This document shows positions 51,978-60,823 of a stretch of DNA of 64,000 bases, piece after piece. The translations under genes were made by a program, and so were the position numbers. Each line of letters begins with the position of its first letter. Position 1 is the stretch's first letter. Under the pieces are notes generated by a model. It worked only from the letters and a program-made list of their open reading frames with translations, made no database searches and was not told where the DNA came from. The stretch lies in the NCBI GenBank assembly GCA_963801325.1, contig CAWDES010000020.1, positions 79,350 to 143,349 on the forward strand. Direction: 5' to 3'. The DNA is from an uncultured Alphaproteobacteria bacterium (GTDB taxonomy: Bacteria > Pseudomonadota > Alphaproteobacteria > Rhizobiales > Xanthobacteraceae).

Positions 51978-53900
51978 GTGGAGCGTACGGATCGGTTCGA
52001 GGCCTCGAAATCGAGCGAAGGCCGCTTCCGTATGCTGATCGATGCGATCACCGATTATGCCATCTACATGCTGGATCCCGACGGGACCATCACGAGCTGG
52101 AATTCCGGGGCCAAGCGTTTCAAGGGCTACGACGAATCCGAAATTCTCGGCGAGAATTTCGCGCGGTTTTACACCGCGGAGGACCGTGAGGCCGGGCTCC
52201 CGCAGATCGCCCTCGAAACCGCCGAACGTGAGGGCAGGTTCGAAAGCGAGGGTTGGCGCGTCCGCAAGGACGGCACGCAGTTCTGGGCCTATGCCGTCGT
52301 CGATCCGATTCGCGATAATTCCGGCCGGCTCATCGGCTTCGCCAAAATCACGCGTGACCTGACCGAACGGAAAAAAGCCGAAAACGCGCTTCGCGAAGGC
52401 CAGGAGCAATTCCGTCTCCTGGTGCAGGGCGTCACCGATTACGCCATCTACATGCTCAGCACCAAAGGCTATGTTTCAAGCTGGAATCTGGGCGCCGAGC
52501 GGATCAAGGGATATGCGCCAGAAGAAATCATCGGCGAACATTTCTCGCGTTTCTATACTGATCCGGACAAGCAAGCCGGCCTGCCGCAGACGGCGCTCGA
52601 GGTTGCGGCGAGGGATGGACGGTTCGAGAAAGAGGGCTGGCGGGTCCGCAAGGACGGCACGCAATTCTTTGCCCACGTCATCATCGACGCGATTTACGAC
52701 ACCGATGGATCGTTGCTCGGCTTTGCCAAAATCACCCGCGACATCACCGAGCGGATGAATGCGACGCGCGCGCTGGAAAAAACCCGCGAAGCGCTGATCC
52801 AGTCGCAGAAGATGGAAGCGATCGGTCATCTGACCGGCGGTATCGCCCACGACTTCAACAATCTTTTGATGGCTATCCAGGGCAGCCTCGAGCTCTTGCA
52901 GAGACGATTGCACGGAGACGACCCGAAAATTCCGCGGCTGATCGACAACGCGCTTCAAGGCGCGCGGCGCGGCGCGGCGCTGACCCAGCGCATGCTGGCC
53001 TTTGCCCGCCGTCAAGAGCTCCGGCTTGCGCCGCTCGACGTCCGCGACGTCGTGCAGCAGATGACAAATCTCCTGCAAAGTTCGCTCGGTCCGTCGGTGC
53101 GGGTCGAGGCCGACTTCCCGCCCGAGCTTCCGAAAGTGACCGCCGATGCCAACCAGCTCGAGCTGGCGCTGCTGAATCTTGCGATCAACGGGCGCGACGC
53201 GATGCCGAATGGCGGGACCATCACGATCCGCGCCGTGAAACGAAGCGATGCGCCGGGCCTGAAGACGGGAAATTATCTTTGCGTCAGCGTGACCGACACC
53301 GGCACCGGCATGAACGAAGACACGCTGCTGCGCGCCATGGAGCCGTTCTTCACGACAAAAGGCGTCGGCAAAGGCACGGGCCTCGGGCTTCCGATGGTTC
53401 ACGGCATGGCCGAACAATCCGGCGGCACATTGCTTTTGAAAAGCAAACCGGGCCATGGGACGTCGGCCGAACTTTATCTTCCGATTGCGCAAGGAGAGAC
53501 GTCTTCGGTAGCTCAGGACGTCACGGCCCAAACGCTGCATACCGACAGGAAGCTTGCGATCCTCACCGTCGACGACGACCCGCTCGTCGCACTCAACACG
53601 TCGGCGTTGCTCGAGGAGCTCGGCCACACCGTTTACAGCGCACCGTCCGCCCTGCACGCGCTCGACATCCTGCGCCGGGAAAAGAATATCGATCTGATGA
53701 TCACCGACCAGTTGATGCCCGACATGACCGGCTCAGAACTTGCCAGCCGGATCCGGGCAGAGAATGCGCACATGCCGATCATCCTCGCCACCGGCTATGC
53801 CGAGCTCGCTCCGGGCGAAGGCGAAGGATTGCCGCGGCTTGCCAAGCCGTTCAGCCAGCGCGAACTGGCTGAAGCCATCGCCCGCGCCGTCACGCCTTGA
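51978..53900 (+). CDS. PAS-PAS hybrid sensor histidine kinase with receiver domain
   Basis: Two PAS/PAC repeats (DYAIYML...WN.GA.R..GY...EGWRVRKDG), GGIAHDFNN, N/G/F boxes, REC with VDDD, ITD, LAKPF. Confidence 0.94.
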   Translation: MERTDRFEASKSSEGRFRMLIDAITDYAIYMLDPDGTITSWNSGAKRFKGYDESEILGENFARFYTAEDREAGLPQIALETAEREGRFESEGWRVRKDGTQFWAYAVVDPIRDNSGRLIGFAKITRDLTERKKAENALREGQEQFRLLVQGVTDYAIYMLSTKGYVSSWNLGAERIKGYAPEEIIGEHFSRFYTDPDKQAGLPQTALEVAARDGRFEKEGWRVRKDGTQFFAHVIIDAIYDTDGSLLGFAKITRDITERMNATRALEKTREALIQSQKMEAIGHLTGGIAHDFNNLLMAIQGSLELLQRRLHGDDPKIPRLIDNALQGARRGAALTQRMLAFARRQELRLAPLDVRDVVQQMTNLLQSSLGPSVRVEADFPPELPKVTADANQLELALLNLAINGRDAMPNGGTITIRAVKRSDAPGLKTGNYLCVSVTDTGTGMNEDTLLRAMEPFFTTKGVGKGTGLGLPMVHGMAEQSGGTLLLKSKPGHGTSAELYLPIAQGETSSVAQDVTAQTLHTDRKLAILTVDDDPLVALNTSALLEELGHTVYSAPSALHALDILRREKNIDLMITDQLMPDMTGSELASRIRAENAHMPIILATGYAELAPGEGEGLPRLAKPFSQRELAEAIARAVTP

Positions 53901-54046
53901 CCGCGGTTGATGTGCTCGTGGGGTGGATTTGACATTCCCCTCTATCTAGCCCCTTGCTCGCTCAAACGAACGTCAGATCCCAAACTCCGGAAGGGGTGCG
54001 ATTGTTGGAATCGGCCCACCGGGATTTGCGCAAGGGAGAGAAGAAT

Positions 54047-54832
54047 ATGGAGGACATCGCAGCTCAACGTGCGGCCGAATGGCTCCTGTCCGAACATCGC
54101 GCCCGGCACCGCTTCATCACGCTGAGCCCGCCGGGTACGCCCGCGACCATCACCGATGCCTACGACATCCAGGACAAATACGTAGCGCTGCTACGCCGCG
54201 AAAACGGCGATGACGTCGGCTACAAGGTCGGGCTGACGTCGGCGACGATGCAGGCCTTTTGCCGGATAGATCACCCGATTGCGGGCGTCGTGCTCGGCTC
54301 GCGCGTGCACCGGTCGGGAGGCAGGGTCAGGCGCGCGGATTTCGGGCGGCTTGGCCTCGAGTTCGAAATCGCCGTTCGTATCAAGTCGGACATCCCCTCG
54401 ACCGGCAAGGCTTTCACGGCAGAGGTAATCGCGCCCCACATCGACGGCGTTTGCGCCGCGATCGAACTGGTGGACGACAGAGACGCGGATTACGCGGCGC
54501 TCGACGTGCGCTCGCTGGTCGCCGACAATTCCTGGAACGGCGGCATCGTGCTTTCGGAGTTCAGATCGAACTGGCCCGATCTGGCGCCCCTGCCCGGCCG
54601 CGCCACAAAGGATGGCGAGCCGGTCGGCGAAGGATACGGACGGGATATCCTTGGGCATCCCTTCAACTCGGTCGCCTGGCTCGCCACGCATCTGGCTTCG
54701 CGCGGCGCGGCACTGAAGGCCGGCCAGATCGTGATGACCGGGAGCGTGATGAAGACAGTGTTTCCCGAACGCGACGCGCATTACCGATTTGCGATCGAGG
54801 GATTGGGCGCTGTCGAGGTGCAGGTTTCCTAG
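54047..54832 (+). CDS. 2-keto-4-pentenoate hydratase/FAH-family protein
   Basis: [39 protein letters not shown]. Confidence 0.88.
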   Translation: MEDIAAQRAAEWLLSEHRARHRFITLSPPGTPATITDAYDIQDKYVALLRRENGDDVGYKVGLTSATMQAFCRIDHPIAGVVLGSRVHRSGGRVRRADFGRLGLEFEIAVRIKSDIPSTGKAFTAEVIAPHIDGVCAAIELVDDRDADYAALDVRSLVADNSWNGGIVLSEFRSNWPDLAPLPGRATKDGEPVGEGYGRDILGHPFNSVAWLATHLASRGAALKAGQIVMTGSVMKTVFPERDAHYRFAIEGLGAVEVQVS

Positions 54833-54854
54833 ACGAACCGGTTTTGGAGTTTCG

Positions 54855-55769
54855 ATGATGCTTCGAAAATCGCTTGGCCTGCTGGCCGTCACGCTGGCTC
54901 TGGCTGTTTGCGTCCACGCCGAGCCGCTCGCCATCCCGCCGCTGCCCGAACTGAAGTTCGCCGAAATCCCGGCAGGCTCGCGCGCCAATTATCTCGGCGA
55001 CCGTTGGAGCTACATGGAGGCGGGCCGGACGGATGCGCCGGCGCTCATTCTTCTGCACGGTGTCGGCGCCAATTCCATGCATTGGCGATATCAGCTCGCA
55101 GGACTGTCCGACCGCTACCACGTCGTCGCCTGGAATGCGCCGGGATACATGCTCTCCGACGCTCTGAAGACCGACAATCCCGACTGCAAGACCTTCGCCG
55201 ATGCGTTGAACGACTTCCTTGCGGCCGTGAAGCTCGATCGCGTCAACCTGGTCGGCAACTCATTCGGCAGCCGTGTCGCGCAGTGCTTTGCGCTGCATTA
55301 TCCCGGGCGCGTCATCAAGCTCGCGATGACGGGAACCGGCATCGGCCCGCATGGCCTGAGCGAAGAGAAAAAGAAGGAGGTCATCGCCACGCGCGAGGCC
55401 CAGATCGCCAAGGGCGGATATGGCTTCGGCGCACGCGTCAATGCGCTGGTCGCCGCCAACGCTTCGCCCGAGACCATCGAGCTGGTGCGCAACGTCGTTC
55501 GCGCCACCAATCCGCGCGGCTTCATGCACGGGATCAAGCTTGGACTGGCCGATGGCTATAGCCCCGAAGAAGTCGGCCCGAAGCTGACGTTTCCGGTGCT
55601 CTTGATTTCCGGGCGCGAGGACCGGGTAAATCCGGCGGACACGAATGCCGCCGTTCTGGCCAAGACCTTGCCGCAGGGCAAGCTCGAGATCCTCGATGGC
55701 ACCGGGCATCTCCCCGAAGTCGAACGTCCCGAAATCGTCAACAAGATGCTGCACGACTTCTTCGGCTGA
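54855..55769 (+). CDS. Exported alpha/beta hydrolase
   Basis: Signal peptide, LLHGVG, GNSFGS, GRED, GHL. Confidence 0.87.
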   Translation: MMLRKSLGLLAVTLALAVCVHAEPLAIPPLPELKFAEIPAGSRANYLGDRWSYMEAGRTDAPALILLHGVGANSMHWRYQLAGLSDRYHVVAWNAPGYMLSDALKTDNPDCKTFADALNDFLAAVKLDRVNLVGNSFGSRVAQCFALHYPGRVIKLAMTGTGIGPHGLSEEKKKEVIATREAQIAKGGYGFGARVNALVAANASPETIELVRNVVRATNPRGFMHGIKLGLADGYSPEEVGPKLTFPVLLISGREDRVNPADTNAAVLAKTLPQGKLEILDGTGHLPEVERPEIVNKMLHDFFG

Positions 55770-55950
55770 CCACGAAGCGCCGCGTTTGCCACGGCCGGCT
55801 GTCACAAATCCCGCAAGCCTGCCTTCGGCTCGACAAAGTCGGCCGTCTAAAATCATCGAGAAGAACGCCGCCAGCCAAGGACAGAATCGTTCAATCCGTG
55901 ATAATTCGAATCAGGCTGTCACCTCCCGTTACCAGCAGGCTGAAGACATC

Positions 55951-57405
55951 GTGAGTCTCCCCGGAACCCGCCCGTCCGCGATCGCGCGCATCCGGGCCCT
56001 GTTGAGTCAGCCCGCCCACCATTATCGACCGGCAACCACGGTCTTTCTCGATCTCAACGTCGATCGCGTGGCCGACGAACTGGGGCTGGCGGCACTCGGC
56101 AACGAACGAGGTGCGGAAGGCCGCCCCTCTTCCGACGCGCAAACCATGGACGATGTCGAGCACAAGGTGGTCGAGCGCATCGAGTCCCACAAGCAGGATG
56201 CGAACGTCATCTATCTTGAGCAGCTCCACACCTATGACGAGCGGATGAATGCACTCTCCTTCGAGGAGCGCTTTGCCACCATCCAGCAGGCCGCGCCGGA
56301 GGCGGTCGGCGATTTTCGCGCCGAAGCCACCGTCGGCCGCGACGAGCTCTTCATCTTGCGACGCCGCCTCAACGAGTCCGAGATCGAGCGCGAACTGTTT
56401 CGCAAGCACCATCGCATCGAACGCCCGGCGCGGCTGGCAAGTCCCGGCAAGATCATCCTGAAAGCCGGGATTCTGGCGATCCTGTTCATCATCGAGGTCG
56501 TGATCAACGGCAGCTTTCTCGCCAAGGCCAACCTCGGCGGCTTGCTTGGCGGCGCGGTGCAAGCGGTGACATTCGCCGCGCTCAACATCCTTGCAAGCTT
56601 CTTCTGGGGCTTGGTGCTGATCCGGCTCGTCAACCGCCGCAACTATCTCCTGAAGCTGGTTGGCGTGGTGTCGTTTCTCGCTTATCTCGCCTTCGCGATC
56701 ACGCTCAACCTGACGCTTTCTCACTTGCGCGAAATTCCGCCGGCGGTCTCCTTGAGCGACAATGTCGGACAGGAGGTGCTGCATCGTTTGCTGACCGCGC
56801 CCTATGCGCTGACCGATATCAATTCCTGGCTGCTGTTCGCGCTTGGCTTCGTGTTCTCGCTGATCGCCATGGCGGACGGGTTGATGTTCTTCGATCCCTA
56901 CATGGGTTATGCGGGTCTGGAGCGGCGGTGGACCGACGCCACCCGTCAGTTTGCCGATACGCGAAGCGAGCTGATCGAACGGCTGCGCGATATTCGCGAG
57001 GATGCCACGGAAGCGATGAACGGAGCCGCGCGCGACCTTTCGGTCCGGCGCAGCGAATATGATTCATTGTTGCAGGGCCGGGCGAGGCTCGCCCAGCGCT
57101 TCGGCCAGCACCAGAACCAGATCGAGCAAACCGGCCGCGCCCTGCTCGAGGTCTATCGAGAAGCCAATCGCAAGGCGCGCGCGACACCTGCACCCGCCCA
57201 TTTCTCGAGGCCCTACAGCATGGAGCGGATCGGCTATTTGAGCGGCGAGCCGAGCGAGACTGCGCGCGAACAACTGCGCACCATGATCGCCGAGACCCAG
57301 GAATTGCTGGGCCTGCAGGTCAAGGCCATTCATGAAGCTTTCGACCAGGCGATGCGCACCTATCGCGAGATCGACGAATTGCTGCCGGAGAAGAAGAGTG
57401 GCTAG
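55951..57405 (+). CDS. Uncharacterised 4-TM membrane protein with long N- and C-terminal helical/coiled-coil domains (operon gene 1)
   Basis: 484 aa from GTG 55951. Four hydrophobic segments in the middle, DPYMGY after TM4, E/R/Q-rich helical tail. Confidence 0.8.
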   Translation: MSLPGTRPSAIARIRALLSQPAHHYRPATTVFLDLNVDRVADELGLAALGNERGAEGRPSSDAQTMDDVEHKVVERIESHKQDANVIYLEQLHTYDERMNALSFEERFATIQQAAPEAVGDFRAEATVGRDELFILRRRLNESEIERELFRKHHRIERPARLASPGKIILKAGILAILFIIEVVINGSFLAKANLGGLLGGAVQAVTFAALNILASFFWGLVLIRLVNRRNYLLKLVGVVSFLAYLAFAITLNLTLSHLREIPPAVSLSDNVGQEVLHRLLTAPYALTDINSWLLFALGFVFSLIAMADGLMFFDPYMGYAGLERRWTDATRQFADTRSELIERLRDIREDATEAMNGAARDLSVRRSEYDSLLQGRARLAQRFGQHQNQIEQTGRALLEVYREANRKARATPAPAHFSRPYSMERIGYLSGEPSETAREQLRTMIAETQELLGLQVKAIHEAFDQAMRTYREIDELLPEKKSG

Positions 57406-58237
57406 TAGACGCCGTCCGAGGCACCGCAGTTCATCCGCGCTCGGATGGTCGGGCCTCGCCGGCATATTGTTGCTGCTGCTTGCGATCGGCTCCGGCGGCG
57501 CGCTTGCCTATTTCTATTTCGCAAGTCCCGAGCGGCCGATGCTCGATGCACAGACGCTCTGCCCTGTCGACGGCCCGAAGGGAATCACGGTGGTGCTGGT
57601 CGACACTTCCGACGATTTGCCTGACACGACACGGCGCGAGGTGCTGGGCCAGCTCGACGACATGATCACGACGCTGCCGCCGCTCTACAAGCTCGACATC
57701 CGCGTGCTCGATATCGCGGGCGTACGAAGCCGCTCGCTGTTTTCGAAGTGCAATCCCGGCGACGGCGCAGGCTTGAGCGAATGGACCGACAATCCCCGGA
57801 TCGCACGGCTGCGCTGGATCGAGGATTTTCGCAAACCCGCCGCCGAGGCGGTGAAATCGAGCATCGGTTCCGCGAAATCGAGCAGTTCGCCGATCATGGC
57901 CGCGATTCAGGACATTGCCATCGGCGAATTCTCCAGCGCTGCCAGCGAACGCGCGCGAAAGACGCTCTATGTCATTTCCGACATGATCGAATACACCAGG
58001 GACTACAGCCAGTACCCGCGCGCCGGCGATCTGTCGTTCCAGCGCTACAGGCAGTCCCCGGCCTACCTGAAGTTTCGCACCGACCTGCATGGCGCGACCG
58101 TCGTCCTCCGCTACGTGACCCGGCAGACCGGCAGCCAGCAGGTTGTGGACAGCACCAAGCATATGGAATTCTGGAAGGCGTGGATCGAGGACAACAGAGG
58201 TTCGTTCGGCGGCGTCAAGCGATTGCAGGGAGCGTGA
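57398..58237 (+). CDS. Single-TM protein with periplasmic vWA-like domain (operon gene 2)
   Basis: Basic N-terminus and TM. VVLVDTSD, SSPIMAAI and LYVISDMIE follow the order of the vWA MIDAS elements. Two Cys. Overlaps gene 1 by 8 nt. Confidence 0.7.
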   Translation: MASRRRPRHRSSSALGWSGLAGILLLLLAIGSGGALAYFYFASPERPMLDAQTLCPVDGPKGITVVLVDTSDDLPDTTRREVLGQLDDMITTLPPLYKLDIRVLDIAGVRSRSLFSKCNPGDGAGLSEWTDNPRIARLRWIEDFRKPAAEAVKSSIGSAKSSSSPIMAAIQDIAIGEFSSAASERARKTLYVISDMIEYTRDYSQYPRAGDLSFQRYRQSPAYLKFRTDLHGATVVLRYVTRQTGSQQVVDSTKHMEFWKAWIEDNRGSFGGVKRLQGA

Positions 58238-58241
58238 ACGA

Positions 58242-59270
58242 ATGGCGGCTTACGACTTCAAGCCCAATCTGCCCCCCGGCCTCCTGAACGGGGTGCTGTT
58301 CTTCGCCGTCGTCGTGTTCGGCAGCGGCTACATCGTTTTCTCGAAGCTGGAAGACTTTGGCGCGTTCGCGGTCACCGCTGTTCCGGTCCTGATCATGGTC
58401 GGCTACGCCGTCTTGCTCGGCGCCCGGCTGTTCCGCCTGCGCGACGATCAATCCGGCGACAATCTCTACTACATGGGATTCCTGTTCACCCTGACGAGCC
58501 TCGCCGTCTCGCTCTATCAGTTTTCCGCGGCCGGTTCGGCCGAGCAGATCGTGCAGAACTTCGGCATCGCGATTGCCTCGACGATCGCCGGCATCACGTT
58601 GCGAATCATGTTCAACCAGATGCGGCGCGACCCGGTCGAGACCGAGGCTGCCTCGCGGCTGGAACTGGCCGAGGCTTCGCGGCGGGTGAAGCGCGAACTC
58701 GAAAGCTCGATCCTCGAATTCAGCTATTTTCGCCGCACGACCCAGCAATCCATCGCCGATACACTCGACGAGGTGCGGGAAAGCATCGGCAAGGCCCACG
58801 ATAAATTTGCCGGTGAACTGGAGAAGCTCGCGACCAGCACCAGCCTGCCGTTCGAGGAATCCGCCAAACTGTCGGGCGCGACACTGGCGAGCCTCAACAA
58901 GCGGACGATCGAGGTCCTCGAAGTATCCAGGGAGCTCGTGCAGGAAGGCGAACAGCTCGCCAAGAACACCACAAGTATCGTGCAGTCGATCGATGCGCTC
59001 TTCGCGCGCCTCACGGCACACCAGACCTCCGAGGAAGCCATCGGCACCCAACTGATCCCCATGATCGAGCGTCTGTCCGAAACAGTCGATGCGTTGAACG
59101 ACAATGCGCAAACCCAGGCCAGGACGATGGAGATGAGTTCGCGGCAAGCCCAGAGCGTCGTCGTCGCCATGAAGGAATTGTTGATCGAGATCCAGGCGAC
59201 GAGGCGGGGCATCATTCCGCGCGCGCTCGGCTTCGTCGCGCCGCGATCGGGCAACGATCCGAAACGTTAG
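58242..59270 (+). CDS. MotA/TolQ/ExbB (ZorA-like) ion-channel subunit with ~210-aa C-terminal helical tail (operon gene 3)
   Basis: YMGFLFTLTSL...NFGIAIASTIAGI matches the G.xxT / A..(S/T)T..G hairpin of MotA-family proteins. Long heptad-rich tail. Confidence 0.75.
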   Translation: MAAYDFKPNLPPGLLNGVLFFAVVVFGSGYIVFSKLEDFGAFAVTAVPVLIMVGYAVLLGARLFRLRDDQSGDNLYYMGFLFTLTSLAVSLYQFSAAGSAEQIVQNFGIAIASTIAGITLRIMFNQMRRDPVETEAASRLELAEASRRVKRELESSILEFSYFRRTTQQSIADTLDEVRESIGKAHDKFAGELEKLATSTSLPFEESAKLSGATLASLNKRTIEVLEVSRELVQEGEQLAKNTTSIVQSIDALFARLTAHQTSEEAIGTQLIPMIERLSETVDALNDNAQTQARTMEMSSRQAQSVVVAMKELLIEIQATRRGIIPRALGFVAPRSGNDPKR

Positions 59271-59283
59271 AGCATAGGCAGCC

Positions 59284-60360
59284 ATGGAAGGACAAATACT
59301 CGAGCAGCGATCATCGTACCGGCGGGGCCTGGTGCTCGGGCTCACCATGGCCGAGATCATGGTGCTGCTGGTGTTTTGCCTGCTCATCGCAATGGCGGCC
59401 TTCCTGAAGCGCGAGGAAACCCGGCGCATCGCGGCTGAACAGGAACTCAAGCAGGAGAAGGCGCAAAACGAACAGATCCGCGACGTCGTCAATTCCTTGA
59501 GCAAAAGCGCCGCGGTTGCCGAGAAGATCGAAAGCCTTTCCGGCCTGAGCGATCCCCAGGCGATCGATCAATATTGGCGCGAACTCGTCGACAGCCGCAG
59601 CGTCGTCAAGGAAATCGAGAAGAACCTGACCGTCAAGGAACTGCGCGAAAGCCTCGCCAATATCGCCGCACTCCGCGCCAGCGGCATCGACCCCGACAAG
59701 GCCATTCGCGATGCAGAAATCGTGAGCGCCATCAATCGCGCGATGACCAAGCCCGGCGAGCCGCCAGCGTCGGCACAAGCCGTGCTCGATACCCTGGCGC
59801 GGGGCATGGCGCCGGGCGGTGGAGGCCATCAATGGCCGCCGATCATCCGGATGAGCGAAGCCGACGGCTATTTCTTCAAGTCGGGCAGCGCCGAGCTGTC
59901 GCCGACCTTCCGCGACGCGCTGGCCAGCAAGACCCCGGTCGAGATTCTCAACTACATCCGCAAATACGACGTCGATATCATCGAGGTCGTCGGCCATACC
60001 GACGAACGGCCGATCGGCGTGCGCCAGTTCTCCAACCTCGATCGCGATTTGTTGCCGGTGCTGAAGAACGACGCCGGTGTCATCAGCCTCGTGCCTGCGG
60101 ACAATGCGGGATTGGGACTGGCGCGCGCCGTCGCCGTGGTCAGCGTCCTGCGCCAAAGCCCGCTACTCGCCGGCTACAAGCTTATTCCGCTCTCTGGCGC
60201 GCAACTCGTCAACACCGATGAGACGCTCGCCATCTCCGGCTCCCCCGGCGACATTCAGCAACGGCGACGCATCGAAATCCGCCTGCGCAAATCCTCAAGC
60301 GGCGAGGCGACCGGCAGCCTTCCGGCGCCCGCTTCGGCGACGGCCATGCCGTCGCGCTAG
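59284..60360 (+). CDS. MotB/ZorB-like protein: TM, coiled-coil linker and OmpA-like peptidoglycan-binding domain (operon gene 4)
   Basis: TM LTMAEIMVLLVF. FKSGSAEL, IEVVGHTD, N..L..ARA.AV and RRRIEI are OmpA_C motifs. Confidence 0.85.
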   Translation: MEGQILEQRSSYRRGLVLGLTMAEIMVLLVFCLLIAMAAFLKREETRRIAAEQELKQEKAQNEQIRDVVNSLSKSAAVAEKIESLSGLSDPQAIDQYWRELVDSRSVVKEIEKNLTVKELRESLANIAALRASGIDPDKAIRDAEIVSAINRAMTKPGEPPASAQAVLDTLARGMAPGGGGHQWPPIIRMSEADGYFFKSGSAELSPTFRDALASKTPVEILNYIRKYDVDIIEVVGHTDERPIGVRQFSNLDRDLLPVLKNDAGVISLVPADNAGLGLARAVAVVSVLRQSPLLAGYKLIPLSGAQLVNTDETLAISGSPGDIQQRRRIEIRLRKSSSGEATGSLPAPASATAMPSR

Positions 60361-60399
60361 ATTGGCTGTCAGGCCAACGCCGTGGAAAGTTGAATTGCC

Positions 60400-60630
60400 T
60401 TACTGGCAGATCTTGCCGTCGCAGTGCTGGGTGCACCAGGCATGGCTGTCGCCGTCGGGATAGCCGAGATGACGCCCGTTCTTACGGCACTGTTCGTAGG
60501 TGTGCGCGATCGGAATCCGAACCATCTTGCCGTTGACGTCGGGAAACATCACCGTGGTCTCTGCCGGAACGGCCTGCCCGCTTCCCAAGAGCATCACGAC
60601 GGCAACGCTGGCCAACAGGATTCGTGTCAT
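60400..60630 (-). CDS. Small secreted Cys-rich protein
   Basis: 76 aa, signal peptide, four Cys (EQC...WCTQHC...ICQ), GCGGGG RBS. Confidence 0.65.
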   Translation of the reverse strand: MTRILLASVAVVMLLGSGQAVPAETTVMFPDVNGKMVRIPIAHTYEQCRKNGRHLGYPDGDSHAWCTQHCDGKICQ

Positions 60631-60823
60631 GTTTCCCCGCTTTGATTGTTTCACGCCGCATCATCTGCATCGGCGCGAACCGGCATCGACGGCGACACAA
60701 TCCTAGCGAGAACGTCCTACAGCAGCAACGACGGTCGAGCGTTCAGCAAATATCGCCGACGTCCGTCCTGCGGAATATTCTCGGTTTCCGACAATCGCAG
60801 TGGTGATGCGGCAGGCCGTTACG

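Noticed and set aside
58242-60360. Canonical flagellar motAB, tolQR/exbBD, or classical Zorya I/II
   Set aside because: No MotA torque domain is present. The B subunit has an OmpA-like domain unlike ExbD/TolR. No zorC/D/E-like helicase or nuclease genes are adjacent, so no gene symbols were assigned.
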